Positions 38,611 to 47,150 of a stretch of 57,638 bases of DNA are shown in pieces; positions within the stretch are counted from its first letter, which is position 1, and each line of letters begins with the position of its first letter. Origin of the DNA: a virus (lineage: Duplodnaviria > Caudoviricetes); the IMG/VR virus record IMGVR_UViG_3300044630_007310, positions 1-57,638 of that record. One strand, written 5' to 3'. Below the pieces are notes generated by a model, which was given only the letters and a program-made list of their open reading frames with translations, had not been told where the DNA came from and made no database searches. The translations under genes were made by a program, and so were the position numbers.

Positions 38611-38993
38611 TTTTTATTAATCGATTTTCTTCGAACGATCTTACCTATTTCCTGATCGTTAGGAATATTGTAAAAATCAGAAGATTCTACTACCGTGTCT
38701 TGAAATTTATCATTTATAATTTCGAGAAATTCAGGATGAATCTCTAATAATTGAGATCTATTTAAGTGAGAGTATGATGTCTCTTCATATGCTCCATATT
38801 CAGTTAAAACATGATACATTTCTTCTCCTTGATCCATCCAGCCTGATTTTAATATTTTAACGATGATAGGCTCTTCTCCTTCTTTTGGAGAAAGGGACCA
38901 TACTACTTCACTATTTGACTTTTTCATCGGAATATTAAATTCTCGAGTAGTAGATGCTCCGTCCTGATGACGGATAGTTTCAGTTACTTTCAT
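38607..38993 (-). CDS. hypothetical protein
   Basis: 128 aa ORF in a coupled run. Confidence 0.7.
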   Translation of the reverse strand: MKVTETIRHQDGASTTREFNIPMKKSNSEVVWSLSPKEGEEPIIVKILKSGWMDQGEEMYHVLTEYGAYEETSYSHLNRSQLLEIHPEFLEIINDKFQDTVVESSDFYNIPNDQEIGKIVRRKSINKK

Positions 38994-40866
38994 ATGTTTT
39001 GGTATCTAATAATTTTTCTTTTCTAGGCTGAGAATCTGCTCCAAACCAGGCCTCGAGAGATTCTTTTGATTCTTTATCTAGTTTTAATTGTACCACAAAA
39101 GGATCTTTAATTATATTTTCATATTCATCGTCTTCTAATGCAGCTAGACCCTTTTTATATTCAATATTCCAAGAGGATGCATTTGTTGATTTCTTATTTG
39201 ACCAATTTTCAAACTCCTGATTTGTATAGAAATTTTGAACTTGATTACCTTTTTTAGCAACTACTAGCGGAGTCATAACTTTATAAATAATTCCAGTTTC
39301 AAACATTTCTGGCCAATATTTAGCAAAGAAATTGATTAACTGGGCGGCAATTGAATTTCCGTCTGGATCTGCATCGGTATAAATATAAATCTTTCCATAT
39401 CTTAAATTATTAGGATCCTCTCCTAATTTAAGACCTATTGATCCCATTAAACCTTTGACTTCTTCATTCTGAATTACCTTGGAATTTGGAAGTTCATGAA
39501 CATTTATGAATTTACCCTTAAGTGGATATGCTCCTATTAATTGAGTATCTCTAAATTTACGAACGGCAGAAAGGGCGGACATTCCTTCGTATATTCCAAG
39601 TATACATTTATCTCGACCGTCTTTTCTTTGAGCATCTATTAATTTTGGAATTCTACCCCTATCTAAAGATTTATTTAATTTTCTAAGTTCTGCTCTCTCT
39701 TCTGCTAATTGTTTCTTCTCTATCCAATCTAAAACAGATTGGATTATCTCGGATTTAAAGACTAGTTTTGCAATTTTATCAGTAACTTCATGTTTAGTTC
39801 CAAAGTCTTTAACTTCTGTGATTAATTTTTCTTTAGTCTGGGAACTAAAAAATGAGTTTACTATAGTGGAATCAATAAAAACATATAAGTGGTTCCTAAT
39901 ATCACTTGGCCTCACATCTACTTTATGTTTTTTCTTAATCATTTCTCTTAATTGAGAAATTAATTGATTTGTAATGTATTCCACATGAGTTCCTCCATCC
40001 TTTGTATGTACTGAATTAACAAAGCTTACATTTTGAAATCCATTTTCGGATTTGGCAAATCCGATCTTCCAATTTTTTGTTTCTTCAAAGAAATATTCAC
40101 TTGCATATAATTGAATGTATTCTTCAAAGCTTTTAAACCTTAATAGGAAATCTTGCTTCTTTCCATCCTTAATCTTTGTTAATTTTAAAGTGAGTTTATT
40201 GTTACATCCAACTAAATCTAGACATCTTTTAAATAGAATTTGAAAGGAATTCTCATCTATTATCTTCATTTTAAAACGTTCAAGATCTGGGAAAAATGAA
40301 ATTTCTGTAAAACCGCGTTTAGCTGGGTTTATTTTGGCAGAGGATCTCTTGCCCATATTATCAGTAAAAGTTTGCTCGAATTTGTTTATACCGTCACATG
40401 TAGAAACTGAAAACTTTTTACTAAATATATTAGTTAGAGTAGATCCTACTCCGTTTGTACCGGCAACAGTGCGCTGCTCTGAGTCATCAAAGTTTGAACC
40501 TGCCTTAAGATTTGAAAAGATCATTTCTGGAATCCATTCTTTATGAACTGGATGCTTTTCAACTGGGATTCCTCCATTATCCCAGACTGAAATCTCAGTA
40601 GTATCTAGGTTTATGGTAATTCGAATCTCATTTAATTTTGGATTTCTACGATGCTCGTCTACTGAATTTGAAACAATTTCATCAAATATTTTAATGAAAC
40701 CTGGATTATAGTGTACTTCTTCAATTCTTACTTTTTCTCCGTCGTATAGATATTGATCTCCAGTATGTATTGCAACTGATCCAATATACATTGATGGTCT
40801 TAAAAGAACGTGCTCGACATCAGTAAGCTTTTGATATTTTGTTTCAATAGATTTTTGCTTTGCCAT
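38980..40866 (-). CDS. type II DNA topoisomerase ATPase/TOPRIM subunit (unsplit gp39+gp60)
   Basis: EHVLLRPSMYIG, DEIVSNSVD, GTNGVGS, EGMSA, PLKGK, DADPDG, YKKGL; start set at MAKQK (40866). Confidence 0.95.
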   Translation of the reverse strand: MAKQKSIETKYQKLTDVEHVLLRPSMYIGSVAIHTGDQYLYDGEKVRIEEVHYNPGFIKIFDEIVSNSVDEHRRNPKLNEIRITINLDTTEISVWDNGGIPVEKHPVHKEWIPEMIFSNLKAGSNFDDSEQRTVAGTNGVGSTLTNIFSKKFSVSTCDGINKFEQTFTDNMGKRSSAKINPAKRGFTEISFFPDLERFKMKIIDENSFQILFKRCLDLVGCNNKLTLKLTKIKDGKKQDFLLRFKSFEEYIQLYASEYFFEETKNWKIGFAKSENGFQNVSFVNSVHTKDGGTHVEYITNQLISQLREMIKKKHKVDVRPSDIRNHLYVFIDSTIVNSFFSSQTKEKLITEVKDFGTKHEVTDKIAKLVFKSEIIQSVLDWIEKKQLAEERAELRKLNKSLDRGRIPKLIDAQRKDGRDKCILGIYEGMSALSAVRKFRDTQLIGAYPLKGKFINVHELPNSKVIQNEEVKGLMGSIGLKLGEDPNNLRYGKIYIYTDADPDGNSIAAQLINFFAKYWPEMFETGIIYKVMTPLVVAKKGNQVQNFYTNQEFENWSNKKSTNASSWNIEYKKGLAALEDDEYENIIKDPFVVQLKLDKESKESLEAWFGADSQPRKEKLLDTKTYESN

Positions 40867-40885
40867 GTTATAATATGAGTATTTT

Positions 40886-41167
40886 TTAATCTTTTTTAGA
40901 TATTTCCTTTTTAATACCCAAATACGTGCCAATGGTTCCACCGATTAGAAAAGAAATTATAGGAAGTATTTCTCCATTCATGATTGAGTGAGTTCCGATT
41001 GCAATAGAGATTAACCATACTAAAGCTAATCCATTTCCAGTTACGACTGCTCCAACTATATTTTTTTTAGAGGTATATATAACATTTAATGTTCTTAAAT
41101 ATACAAATATAAGTTGAGAAATAAAGATGCAGACCGAGCTTAATATTGGGTCGCCGATGATTTTCAT
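40886..41167 (-). CDS. small membrane protein (DUF5698-like)
   Basis: Three hydrophobic segments; QLIFVYLRTLNV, GGTIGTYLG. Confidence 0.65.
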   Translation of the reverse strand: MKIIGDPILSSVCIFISQLIFVYLRTLNVIYTSKKNIVGAVVTGNGLALVWLISIAIGTHSIMNGEILPIISFLIGGTIGTYLGIKKEISKKD

Positions 41168-41176
41168 ATCTTTAGT

Positions 41177-42772
41177 TTATTTTAATTTTTTTGTTTTTAA
41201 AGCTTCTAAAAAGTATTTAGGAACTATCTTATTATTTAATATTTGATCAAAGCACTCATCTAATATATATGTTTCTGCCCAGTCTTCGTCATTTCTAATT
41301 GATCTTCCATAAGATTGCATAATATCAATCGAGGTCTTCCAATTATACCAATCAGGATTGGTTTCAAGTCTTTTTTTAATTTTAGTGCTTCTTAAATTTG
41401 GAAAAGGAACCTTTAATATTATTTGAAATCTAGATAATTCATCCTTTAGGTCAATTCCATTTATCATAGAAGGAGAAACTAGGACGGTGTTTAATTTAGA
41501 TTCTAGATGATGATTCAAAGATTTCTCTCGAGTAGATGCATCGTGGATTAATAATCTGCGGTCTTTAATTGATCTAGATATCCAATTGTTAAATTCATAA
41601 TTTCCAGAATGTATTATTCCTTTATTGTTTACATTCTTTTCAAGTATTTTCTTAATAATTGGTACTGATCTTTTAAAGGTTTGAGTCTTATCATAATAAG
41701 ACATTTTACCAAATTTTAAGTAGATTATTGGCCTATTTTCAGTTGGAAAAGGACACGGAAGGGAAAGATATGTATATTCCTCAGAATTTAGTCCCATTAA
41801 GAATCCCATCATTTTAGGATCTAATATTGTACCTGACATAAATATAATATGATCATATTGCTTCCAAAAAAGATCTTTTAGATATTGATTAGCCCATATT
41901 GGCTCAACTGATATTTTAAAATTACCATCTGAATCAAGTTCTCTTTCAAAAATCCAATTAGTTAAATAGCTATCTTCATCTTTAATGAATCTATTATATT
42001 TGCACATTGATTTATCACAATGGTCTGCTTTTTTAACTAATTCTGCTTTTTTATTCTTTGATCTAGTTGATTTTGCATCTTCTAAAAGGCTATCAATTCT
42101 GTTAATTAGTCTTGGTATTATTACTTTTTTAACGTAGTTTGAAAGCTGCTTAATAGTAATTATTTCTTCAAAATCCTTAGCCATATATTCTTCCCAAATA
42201 TCTAGAATAGTAAGTGATTTTTTAGAAAAGACTGAGGATATAAAATCACAGAATGTTTCTTCAAATTCATGAGCTTCATCTATGATTAATAAATTAGCTC
42301 CTCTATCAGCTAAGATATCTGGACTATACATAGAATAAGCAGTAATTAAATGAAAATTAGTTAGGCTTAATCTATCTTTAACAAATCCAGATTGGGCAAT
42401 TGAATGAGGGCATCCATTGCATCCTTTAGAATTTTCTTTAGCCTTATTAAGAATCTTAGATTCTCCACATGCCATCATACTATTTCTACACCAATATGAA
42501 TTACTGCCTTTTAATGAGGATATAAAATCAAAATCTTTAACATATTGATCTTGTAGAATTTTACTGTTGGTTAACATAGTAACCCTTGCTCTAGGATTAA
42601 CTTCCTTAATATACCAGTCAGCAATCATTACTGCTGCAAAAGATTTACCTACTCCAGTTGGAGCATCAACCATCATGAATTTTTTATTCTCAGACTCAAT
42701 AGAGTTTTTTACGAAATCTAGAATCTCTAATTGTTGAGGTCTTGGATCATACTTAAGGTTAATCTTTTTCAA
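41177..42772 (-). CDS. DinG/Rad3-like SF2 helicase
   Basis: PRPQQ (Q motif), DAPTGVGKS, IIDEAH, MSGT, GIDLKD, KVPFP, QSYGRSIR; Cys cluster. Confidence 0.9.
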   Translation of the reverse strand: MKKINLKYDPRPQQLEILDFVKNSIESENKKFMMVDAPTGVGKSFAAVMIADWYIKEVNPRARVTMLTNSKILQDQYVKDFDFISSLKGSNSYWCRNSMMACGESKILNKAKENSKGCNGCPHSIAQSGFVKDRLSLTNFHLITAYSMYSPDILADRGANLLIIDEAHEFEETFCDFISSVFSKKSLTILDIWEEYMAKDFEEIITIKQLSNYVKKVIIPRLINRIDSLLEDAKSTRSKNKKAELVKKADHCDKSMCKYNRFIKDEDSYLTNWIFERELDSDGNFKISVEPIWANQYLKDLFWKQYDHIIFMSGTILDPKMMGFLMGLNSEEYTYLSLPCPFPTENRPIIYLKFGKMSYYDKTQTFKRSVPIIKKILEKNVNNKGIIHSGNYEFNNWISRSIKDRRLLIHDASTREKSLNHHLESKLNTVLVSPSMINGIDLKDELSRFQIILKVPFPNLRSTKIKKRLETNPDWYNWKTSIDIMQSYGRSIRNDEDWAETYILDECFDQILNNKIVPKYFLEALKTKKLK

Positions 42773-42789
42773 ATTCTATTTTATTTAAG

Positions 42790-42863
42790 TGGTCCCACCT
42801 GGGCTCGAACCAGGGACCTACTGATTATGAGTCAGTTGCTCTAACCGGCTGAGCTATAGGACC
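42790..42863 (-). tRNA. tRNA with CAU anticodon, probably tRNA-Ile2 (lysidine type); CCA not encoded
   Basis: GGTCCTATAGCTCAGCCGGTTAGAGCAACTGACT-CAT-AATCAG...GGTTCGAGCCCAGGTGGGACCA; G1-C72 (not initiator); C4-G69 and C5-G68 pairs are TilS determinants. Confidence 0.88.
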
Positions 42864-42922
42864 GTTAGATTTTTAAAACCCATCTCCAAAGAGGTAAGGA
42901 AACTCCATCCGTGTTTTTTGCG

Positions 42923-43001
42923 CAGTCAGGGCCGGACTCGAACCGGATAAGCAACCATTTTACTGGACTCGGGACCAATCCCTCATTACACCCACCTGAC
43001 T
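42923..43001 (-). ncRNA. tRNA-like element: intact acceptor stem and T arm, non-canonical D/anticodon region
   Basis: AGTCAGG...CCGG-TTCGAGT-CCGG-C-CCTGACT-G. Confidence 0.6.
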
Positions 43002-43078
43002 ATGGACGGGCTTTTTGTCAATCTCTCTTAGGCTAGCCCGATACCGCCCTAAGTTCATCCGGGAGCTACCCAGCCTCG

Positions 43079-43152
43079 TGATCCACTCAGGATTCGAACC
43101 TGAGACCTACTGCTTAGAAGGCAGTTGCTCTATCCAGCTGAGCTAGCGGACC
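43079..43152 (-). tRNA. tRNA-Arg(UCU); CCA not encoded
   Basis: GGTCCGCTAGCTCAGCTGGATAGAGCAACTGCCT-TCT-AAGCAG...GGTTCGAATCCTGAGTGGATCA. Confidence 0.93.
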
Positions 43153-43179
43153 TTTAATTATTATACCGGGATTAAATCC

Positions 43180-43461
43180 TTAAGATTTAATCATTGCAGC
43201 ACTTAATTGATTAATTAGGCCCTGGACGATTGCAAAATTATAAAATCTAATAGGATGCTCAGTGTTAAACACATCAACATACCATTCATCTTCAAGAATC
43301 TCGCTTTTACTGCCGGTAATGAAACTCATTCCATTGCAAATATCAAAGACATAATAGTAATCTTCGATATCAGGTACCCATACTCCATTTGAATCTAGAT
43401 ATGAACTATCTGAAAATTCGTGCTTGGTAAATCCTAGTAATTGAACTTCTTTTTCTGTCAT
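43180..43461 (-). CDS. hypothetical protein
   Basis: 93 aa ORF in a coupled run. Confidence 0.7.
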   Translation of the reverse strand: MTEKEVQLLGFTKHEFSDSSYLDSNGVWVPDIEDYYYVFDICNGMSFITGSKSEILEDEWYVDVFNTEHPIRFYNFAIVQGLINQLSAAMIKS

Positions 43462-43571
43462 TATTTTCTGTATTTATTTGAAAACTCTTCATCTTCTAAT
43501 TCAGGTGGACACCGGTCGACTATATTGCGTCTCCACCATCTCTTTATCGCATTCTTTATTTTATTAATCAT
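43461..43571 (-). CDS. small hypothetical protein (36 aa)
   Basis: MINKIKNAIKRWWRRNIVDRCPPELEDEEFSNKYRK*; overlaps both neighbours, filling the gap exactly. Confidence 0.6.
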   Translation of the reverse strand: MINKIKNAIKRWWRRNIVDRCPPELEDEEFSNKYRK

Positions 43572-44358
43572 TTTTAGAATATTTATGATTAAACCAAAGG
43601 GTTCTGCCGGTTCCGTCTATTGTGCTTGCTTCTTTGCCATAGCACTGCATCCAATCCATTATGTTTACCTTTTGTACTCCATTAGGATTTTTCCAATCCT
43701 TAATTGACCCTCCTCCTATTTGATAGGCTTCAATTGGAATCTGTTTACATAGAGATAATAATTCATCTCGCTCAACCGCTTCATTTGCAGGCAACCATGG
43801 ATCTATATCCGCTCTATATAAAATTTCAGCTCTAAGATAATTTCCAATACCATTGAAGTATTTTTGATCCATTAAGATTTCGCAGATGGGCTTATTGAAT
43901 ACCTTTCTTTTTTTATTGCGATGCAAGTTATCCACAAATGCGTCATATTCTCTAGTTGGATCAGGTCCTCGGTTTTGAGACCAATCTGTAACAACCTTCC
44001 ACTTTGCAAATCTTCTAACATCAACAAGACATAAACTAAATCTAGAAATGGAATTGAATTTAAGATGAGTGTGTTTTGGAATGCTCTCGGTACGATCATC
44101 TATTAATTTCCAGCTCCCTGACATTCCCATTGAAAAGCTAATTTTCATAAAAATATTCCTTCCCTGTGTTAAATTGAGTATTAATTCTTTACCTCTAGAT
44201 TCGGCAGTAATACTAAATATTTGTAAATCAGAGGGTTGAACTATTCCTAGATTACGATCCATTGCACTACTAGAGAAGCCAAATGAAGTAAAATCTACAC
44301 CTTGGCAAACTCTATTTATGTAATCTGACATTATTCTTATTTCAGCTAGTTCTGGCAT
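43564..44358 (-). CDS. nei: Fpg/Nei-family DNA glycosylase, NEIL1-like (zincless finger)
   Basis: N-terminal MPE, SRGKEL, GMSG, VDVRRF, H2TH LMDQKYFNGIGNYLRAEILY, C-terminal GRTLWF without a four-Cys finger. Confidence 0.9.
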   Translation of the reverse strand: MPELAEIRIMSDYINRVCQGVDFTSFGFSSSAMDRNLGIVQPSDLQIFSITAESRGKELILNLTQGRNIFMKISFSMGMSGSWKLIDDRTESIPKHTHLKFNSISRFSLCLVDVRRFAKWKVVTDWSQNRGPDPTREYDAFVDNLHRNKKRKVFNKPICEILMDQKYFNGIGNYLRAEILYRADIDPWLPANEAVERDELLSLCKQIPIEAYQIGGGSIKDWKNPNGVQKVNIMDWMQCYGKEASTIDGTGRTLWFNHKYSKND

Positions 44359-44684
44359 GTTGGAATATCTAAAGTTTTAACTAGCGTCCATGCTGCAATA
44401 TGAACAATTTCAAGACGCTCTAGAGTTTTTTCATCAATTTTATAACCGAATGAATACATTCCGTCTATATGTTGAAAATGAACAATATCTCCAGGAAAAA
44501 CCTGAGGGGATCCAGGAGCACATCTCACGGGAGCAGATTCTACTTCTCCATTTTCATATTCGTATTGAGCAATCATCACTTCTAAATCAATTTGATCCCC
44601 TTTTTTATATCCCGAGTAAGGCGCAGGGTCACGTTGCTCCAATATTCTAACATAACAGTCATTCGGACAATTTTGTAATTCCAT
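44346..44684 (-). CDS. hypothetical protein
   Basis: 112 aa ORF, HIDGMYS motif. Confidence 0.7.
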   Translation of the reverse strand: MELQNCPNDCYVRILEQRDPAPYSGYKKGDQIDLEVMIAQYEYENGEVESAPVRCAPGSPQVFPGDIVHFQHIDGMYSFGYKIDEKTLERLEIVHIAAWTLVKTLDIPTCQN

Positions 44685-44730
44685 TTTTATTGGTTTATTT
44701 AAAATTACTAAAATTTATCGAAGTATTAAG

Positions 44731-44738
44731 ATAAATAA
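44731..44738 (+). promoter_or_regulatory. T4-late-like promoter ATAAATAA
   Basis: Upstream of the second + strand structural block. Confidence 0.55.
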
Positions 44739-44756
44739 TAAAAAAATCCGGATATA

Positions 44757-44996
44757 ATGAAAAACCCTGTAATGAACTATAATCAGTTTATGTCAGTATT
44801 CAAAAGCGCAGCTAATGGATATAGCGGTAAAGGAAACGTTGCAAACAAAGATGCAAAATCAGCATCTGGGATTAATCAAGGAATGGTAACTGGACCAATT
44901 TCTGGTAAAAACACCGCTCACCTTGATAAATACACTAAGCAACACCTAGCTAATATTAAGAAGAAGAGCGCTTCTATGGGTAGCAATAAAAAATAA
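44757..44996 (+). CDS. small basic putative virion protein
   Basis: 79 aa, Lys-rich, VMNYNQFM near N-terminus. Confidence 0.65.
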   Translation: MKNPVMNYNQFMSVFKSAANGYSGKGNVANKDAKSASGINQGMVTGPISGKNTAHLDKYTKQHLANIKKKSASMGSNKK

Positions 44997-45010
44997 AATT
45001 ATTTCTTATA

Positions 45011-45274
45011 ATGAGAGCCATTACAAAATTTAGTCAGTTTGCTCTGCTTGAAAAGAAGGGAGATTTGAAGAAACTCGTTGGTAAAAGACCTGAGGAGGAA
45101 TTAACAGTTAACGATGCTAAAAAGATCGGTAATAGAGTTGCTAGAATGGAAGGTGAGCAAAAGCAAAAATTCGTTGGTATCATTAATTTCTTAGGAGCAT
45201 CTTGCGATATTTATGGTGAGCTTTGGAAAAATTATACTCTAACCAGAGACAGCTTAGATAAGAAAAAGGACTAG
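45011..45274 (+). CDS. small putative internal head protein
   Basis: MRAITKFSQFALLE N-terminal tag. Confidence 0.65.
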   Translation: MRAITKFSQFALLEKKGDLKKLVGKRPEEELTVNDAKKIGNRVARMEGEQKQKFVGIINFLGASCDIYGELWKNYTLTRDSLDKKKD

Positions 45275-45277
45275 CCT

Positions 45278-46036
45278 ATGAACCAGGTATATGAAGGCTA
45301 TTTCGACGATTCTAGTGCAAAGGATGGAGGAGTTATTTTTCAGGCAAAAGTTTCGCATGACATATCTTGGATAATTGAGAACGGCAGGACTGTTTTCGAC
45401 CAAAAAGACATAAATACCAAATTACATGAAGTTAAAGTTTTTCCAGACTTAAATTATAAGTCTGGACAGGCTACTTCCGTGTATTATGTACTATCTGAGA
45501 TAAACATTTTAAAAAGAAAATTTGATCTAGCATCAAGATTTATTAAGAGACAAATATCTCCACAGTATTCAGTAGAATTAGATGCTGCTCCAGATAAGGA
45601 GGCAGATATCAATGAGCGTCACTTTACAAATACTCAATATAGAGTAAGCTTTAAGACAAATAAAATCTACTTAAGAGAAATTTCTACATCAGGAATCGAT
45701 AATGGAAATCCAAACGTAGTGCTAAAAATTTCTACCGGTCTGGTAGATCAAGCAGATGGGGAAACCTTAGATCCTTGGTCTAATTTTAATATTAGAGTAA
45801 AGGGTAGTGGAGTGGATATAGAGATAAGTGAAAGATCTAATGTTAAAATATCCGCAGCTAAAGAGTATGATCTAATTGATAATAAATCTGATTTGGTATT
45901 TCAAACAATTATTCCATCTCTGCATTTAAAATTTGCTGGAGATCGAGTAAATGTAGAAACTTTTTCAAGTAGATCACATAATCTTTGGAATTCATCTAGA
46001 AACGATATTGAAACTTTATTTTCAGACGAATATTAA
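45278..46036 (+). CDS. hypothetical protein
   Basis: 252 aa ORF in late block. Confidence 0.7.
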   Translation: MNQVYEGYFDDSSAKDGGVIFQAKVSHDISWIIENGRTVFDQKDINTKLHEVKVFPDLNYKSGQATSVYYVLSEINILKRKFDLASRFIKRQISPQYSVELDAAPDKEADINERHFTNTQYRVSFKTNKIYLREISTSGIDNGNPNVVLKISTGLVDQADGETLDPWSNFNIRVKGSGVDIEISERSNVKISAAKEYDLIDNKSDLVFQTIIPSLHLKFAGDRVNVETFSSRSHNLWNSSRNDIETLFSDEY

Positions 46037-46100
46037 ACTAATGATACGTTTAAAAAAGTAGGAAATAAACGAATAAATAAATTAAAATAATCTAATTAAT

Positions 46101-46673
46101 ATGCCACTTCCACATTGGGATAATTCGGTAGCATCTAGAAATAGTTACGAACCTATTTTTCAAAACCAGTTTGAGTTTGTTATAAACCCTCCTGCAGGTT
46201 TAGCTGGGGATGCTAATGCTCCACTATTAGTAGAGCAAATATTAACAGTTTCTGGTATTCCTGAACAGATGACAGCTGGGTCAGTTACACAATTCTATAA
46301 GTTTTCTAAAAGAGCATATGCGGCAGCAACTCCAAATGAGACCCTCGCTAAGTTATCATGTACATTTGAGGTAAACTTAGATAATGAAAACAATATGTAT
46401 GTTTATAATACATTAAGAGCATGGGCAGATTTAATTTACGATCCATTAACAGGAAGACAAGGATTAAAGAGAGATTATGTTGGTAGTGCAAGATTAGTTA
46501 TCTTTAATAAGGCAGGTGATATATTTAGAGAATTTACATTCGTTAACATGTTCCTAGATAAGGAATTAAGTGCAATGACTCTAGGCTATAGTACAACTGA
46601 CATATACAAAATTACAGCTAGCTTTACTTCTGATACTTGGAGAGAAACTAGAATCGGACAGATTGCAGTTTAA
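46101..46673 (+). CDS. tail tube protein, gp19-like
   Basis: YEPIFQNQFEF, LRAWADLIYDPLTGRQGLKRDYVG, FTSDTW; ATAAATAA at 46073-46080. Confidence 0.8.
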   Translation: MPLPHWDNSVASRNSYEPIFQNQFEFVINPPAGLAGDANAPLLVEQILTVSGIPEQMTAGSVTQFYKFSKRAYAAATPNETLAKLSCTFEVNLDNENNMYVYNTLRAWADLIYDPLTGRQGLKRDYVGSARLVIFNKAGDIFREFTFVNMFLDKELSAMTLGYSTTDIYKITASFTSDTWRETRIGQIAV

Positions 46674-46690
46674 ATAAAATAAGACTAAGG

Positions 46691-47137
46691 ATGGAAACTT
46701 TTAATGTTCAAAGAAGAGATGTTCATACATTTGATGATTATATGAATCTTAAAAAGCCAGGATTCGGTGGCCCTAAGTCTGCTAAACTTTTGAAGGATGG
46801 CAGAGGAAAGTTCATTGATAAAGATAGAAAATTATCTGGGTTTCAGAGAACTGTTAAAAGAGACGATACTTTTAAAAATCAAGTATTTAATCCAACTTAT
46901 AAGGCAATGGGTGGAGATCTAGTTCATAAACAAGAATTTAAAAAGAATCCTTACGATTACCCGGATCTTTACAATAATACTGGAATTGGTACGGTAGAAG
47001 TTGGAGAAACAAACGAAGGTAAATGCCATTCTAACTTTACTAGATTTATTTTAGAATCCGAGTGTGAATGTGAATCAGATTGTGATTGCAAAGATTGCAA
47101 AACTCATAAAAGAGGAAAATACAAAAAATCTAAATAA
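46691..47137 (+). CDS. basic hypothetical protein with C-terminal Cys cluster
   Basis: FILESECECESDCDCKDCKTHKRGK. Confidence 0.7.
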   Translation: METFNVQRRDVHTFDDYMNLKKPGFGGPKSAKLLKDGRGKFIDKDRKLSGFQRTVKRDDTFKNQVFNPTYKAMGGDLVHKQEFKKNPYDYPDLYNNTGIGTVEVGETNEGKCHSNFTRFILESECECESDCDCKDCKTHKRGKYKKSK

Positions 47138-47150
47138 TCTTTGGCATCGA

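Noticed and set aside
40867-40941. ORF-track N-terminal extension of topoisomerase (similarly 47064-47150 and 37820-37858)
   Set aside because: Extensions overlap upstream genes; downstream ATGs give better starts
42923-43001. tmRNA or selenocysteine tRNA
   Set aside because: Too short for tmRNA and lacks the alanine G3-U70 acceptor; no UCA anticodon arm or extended Sec acceptor stem
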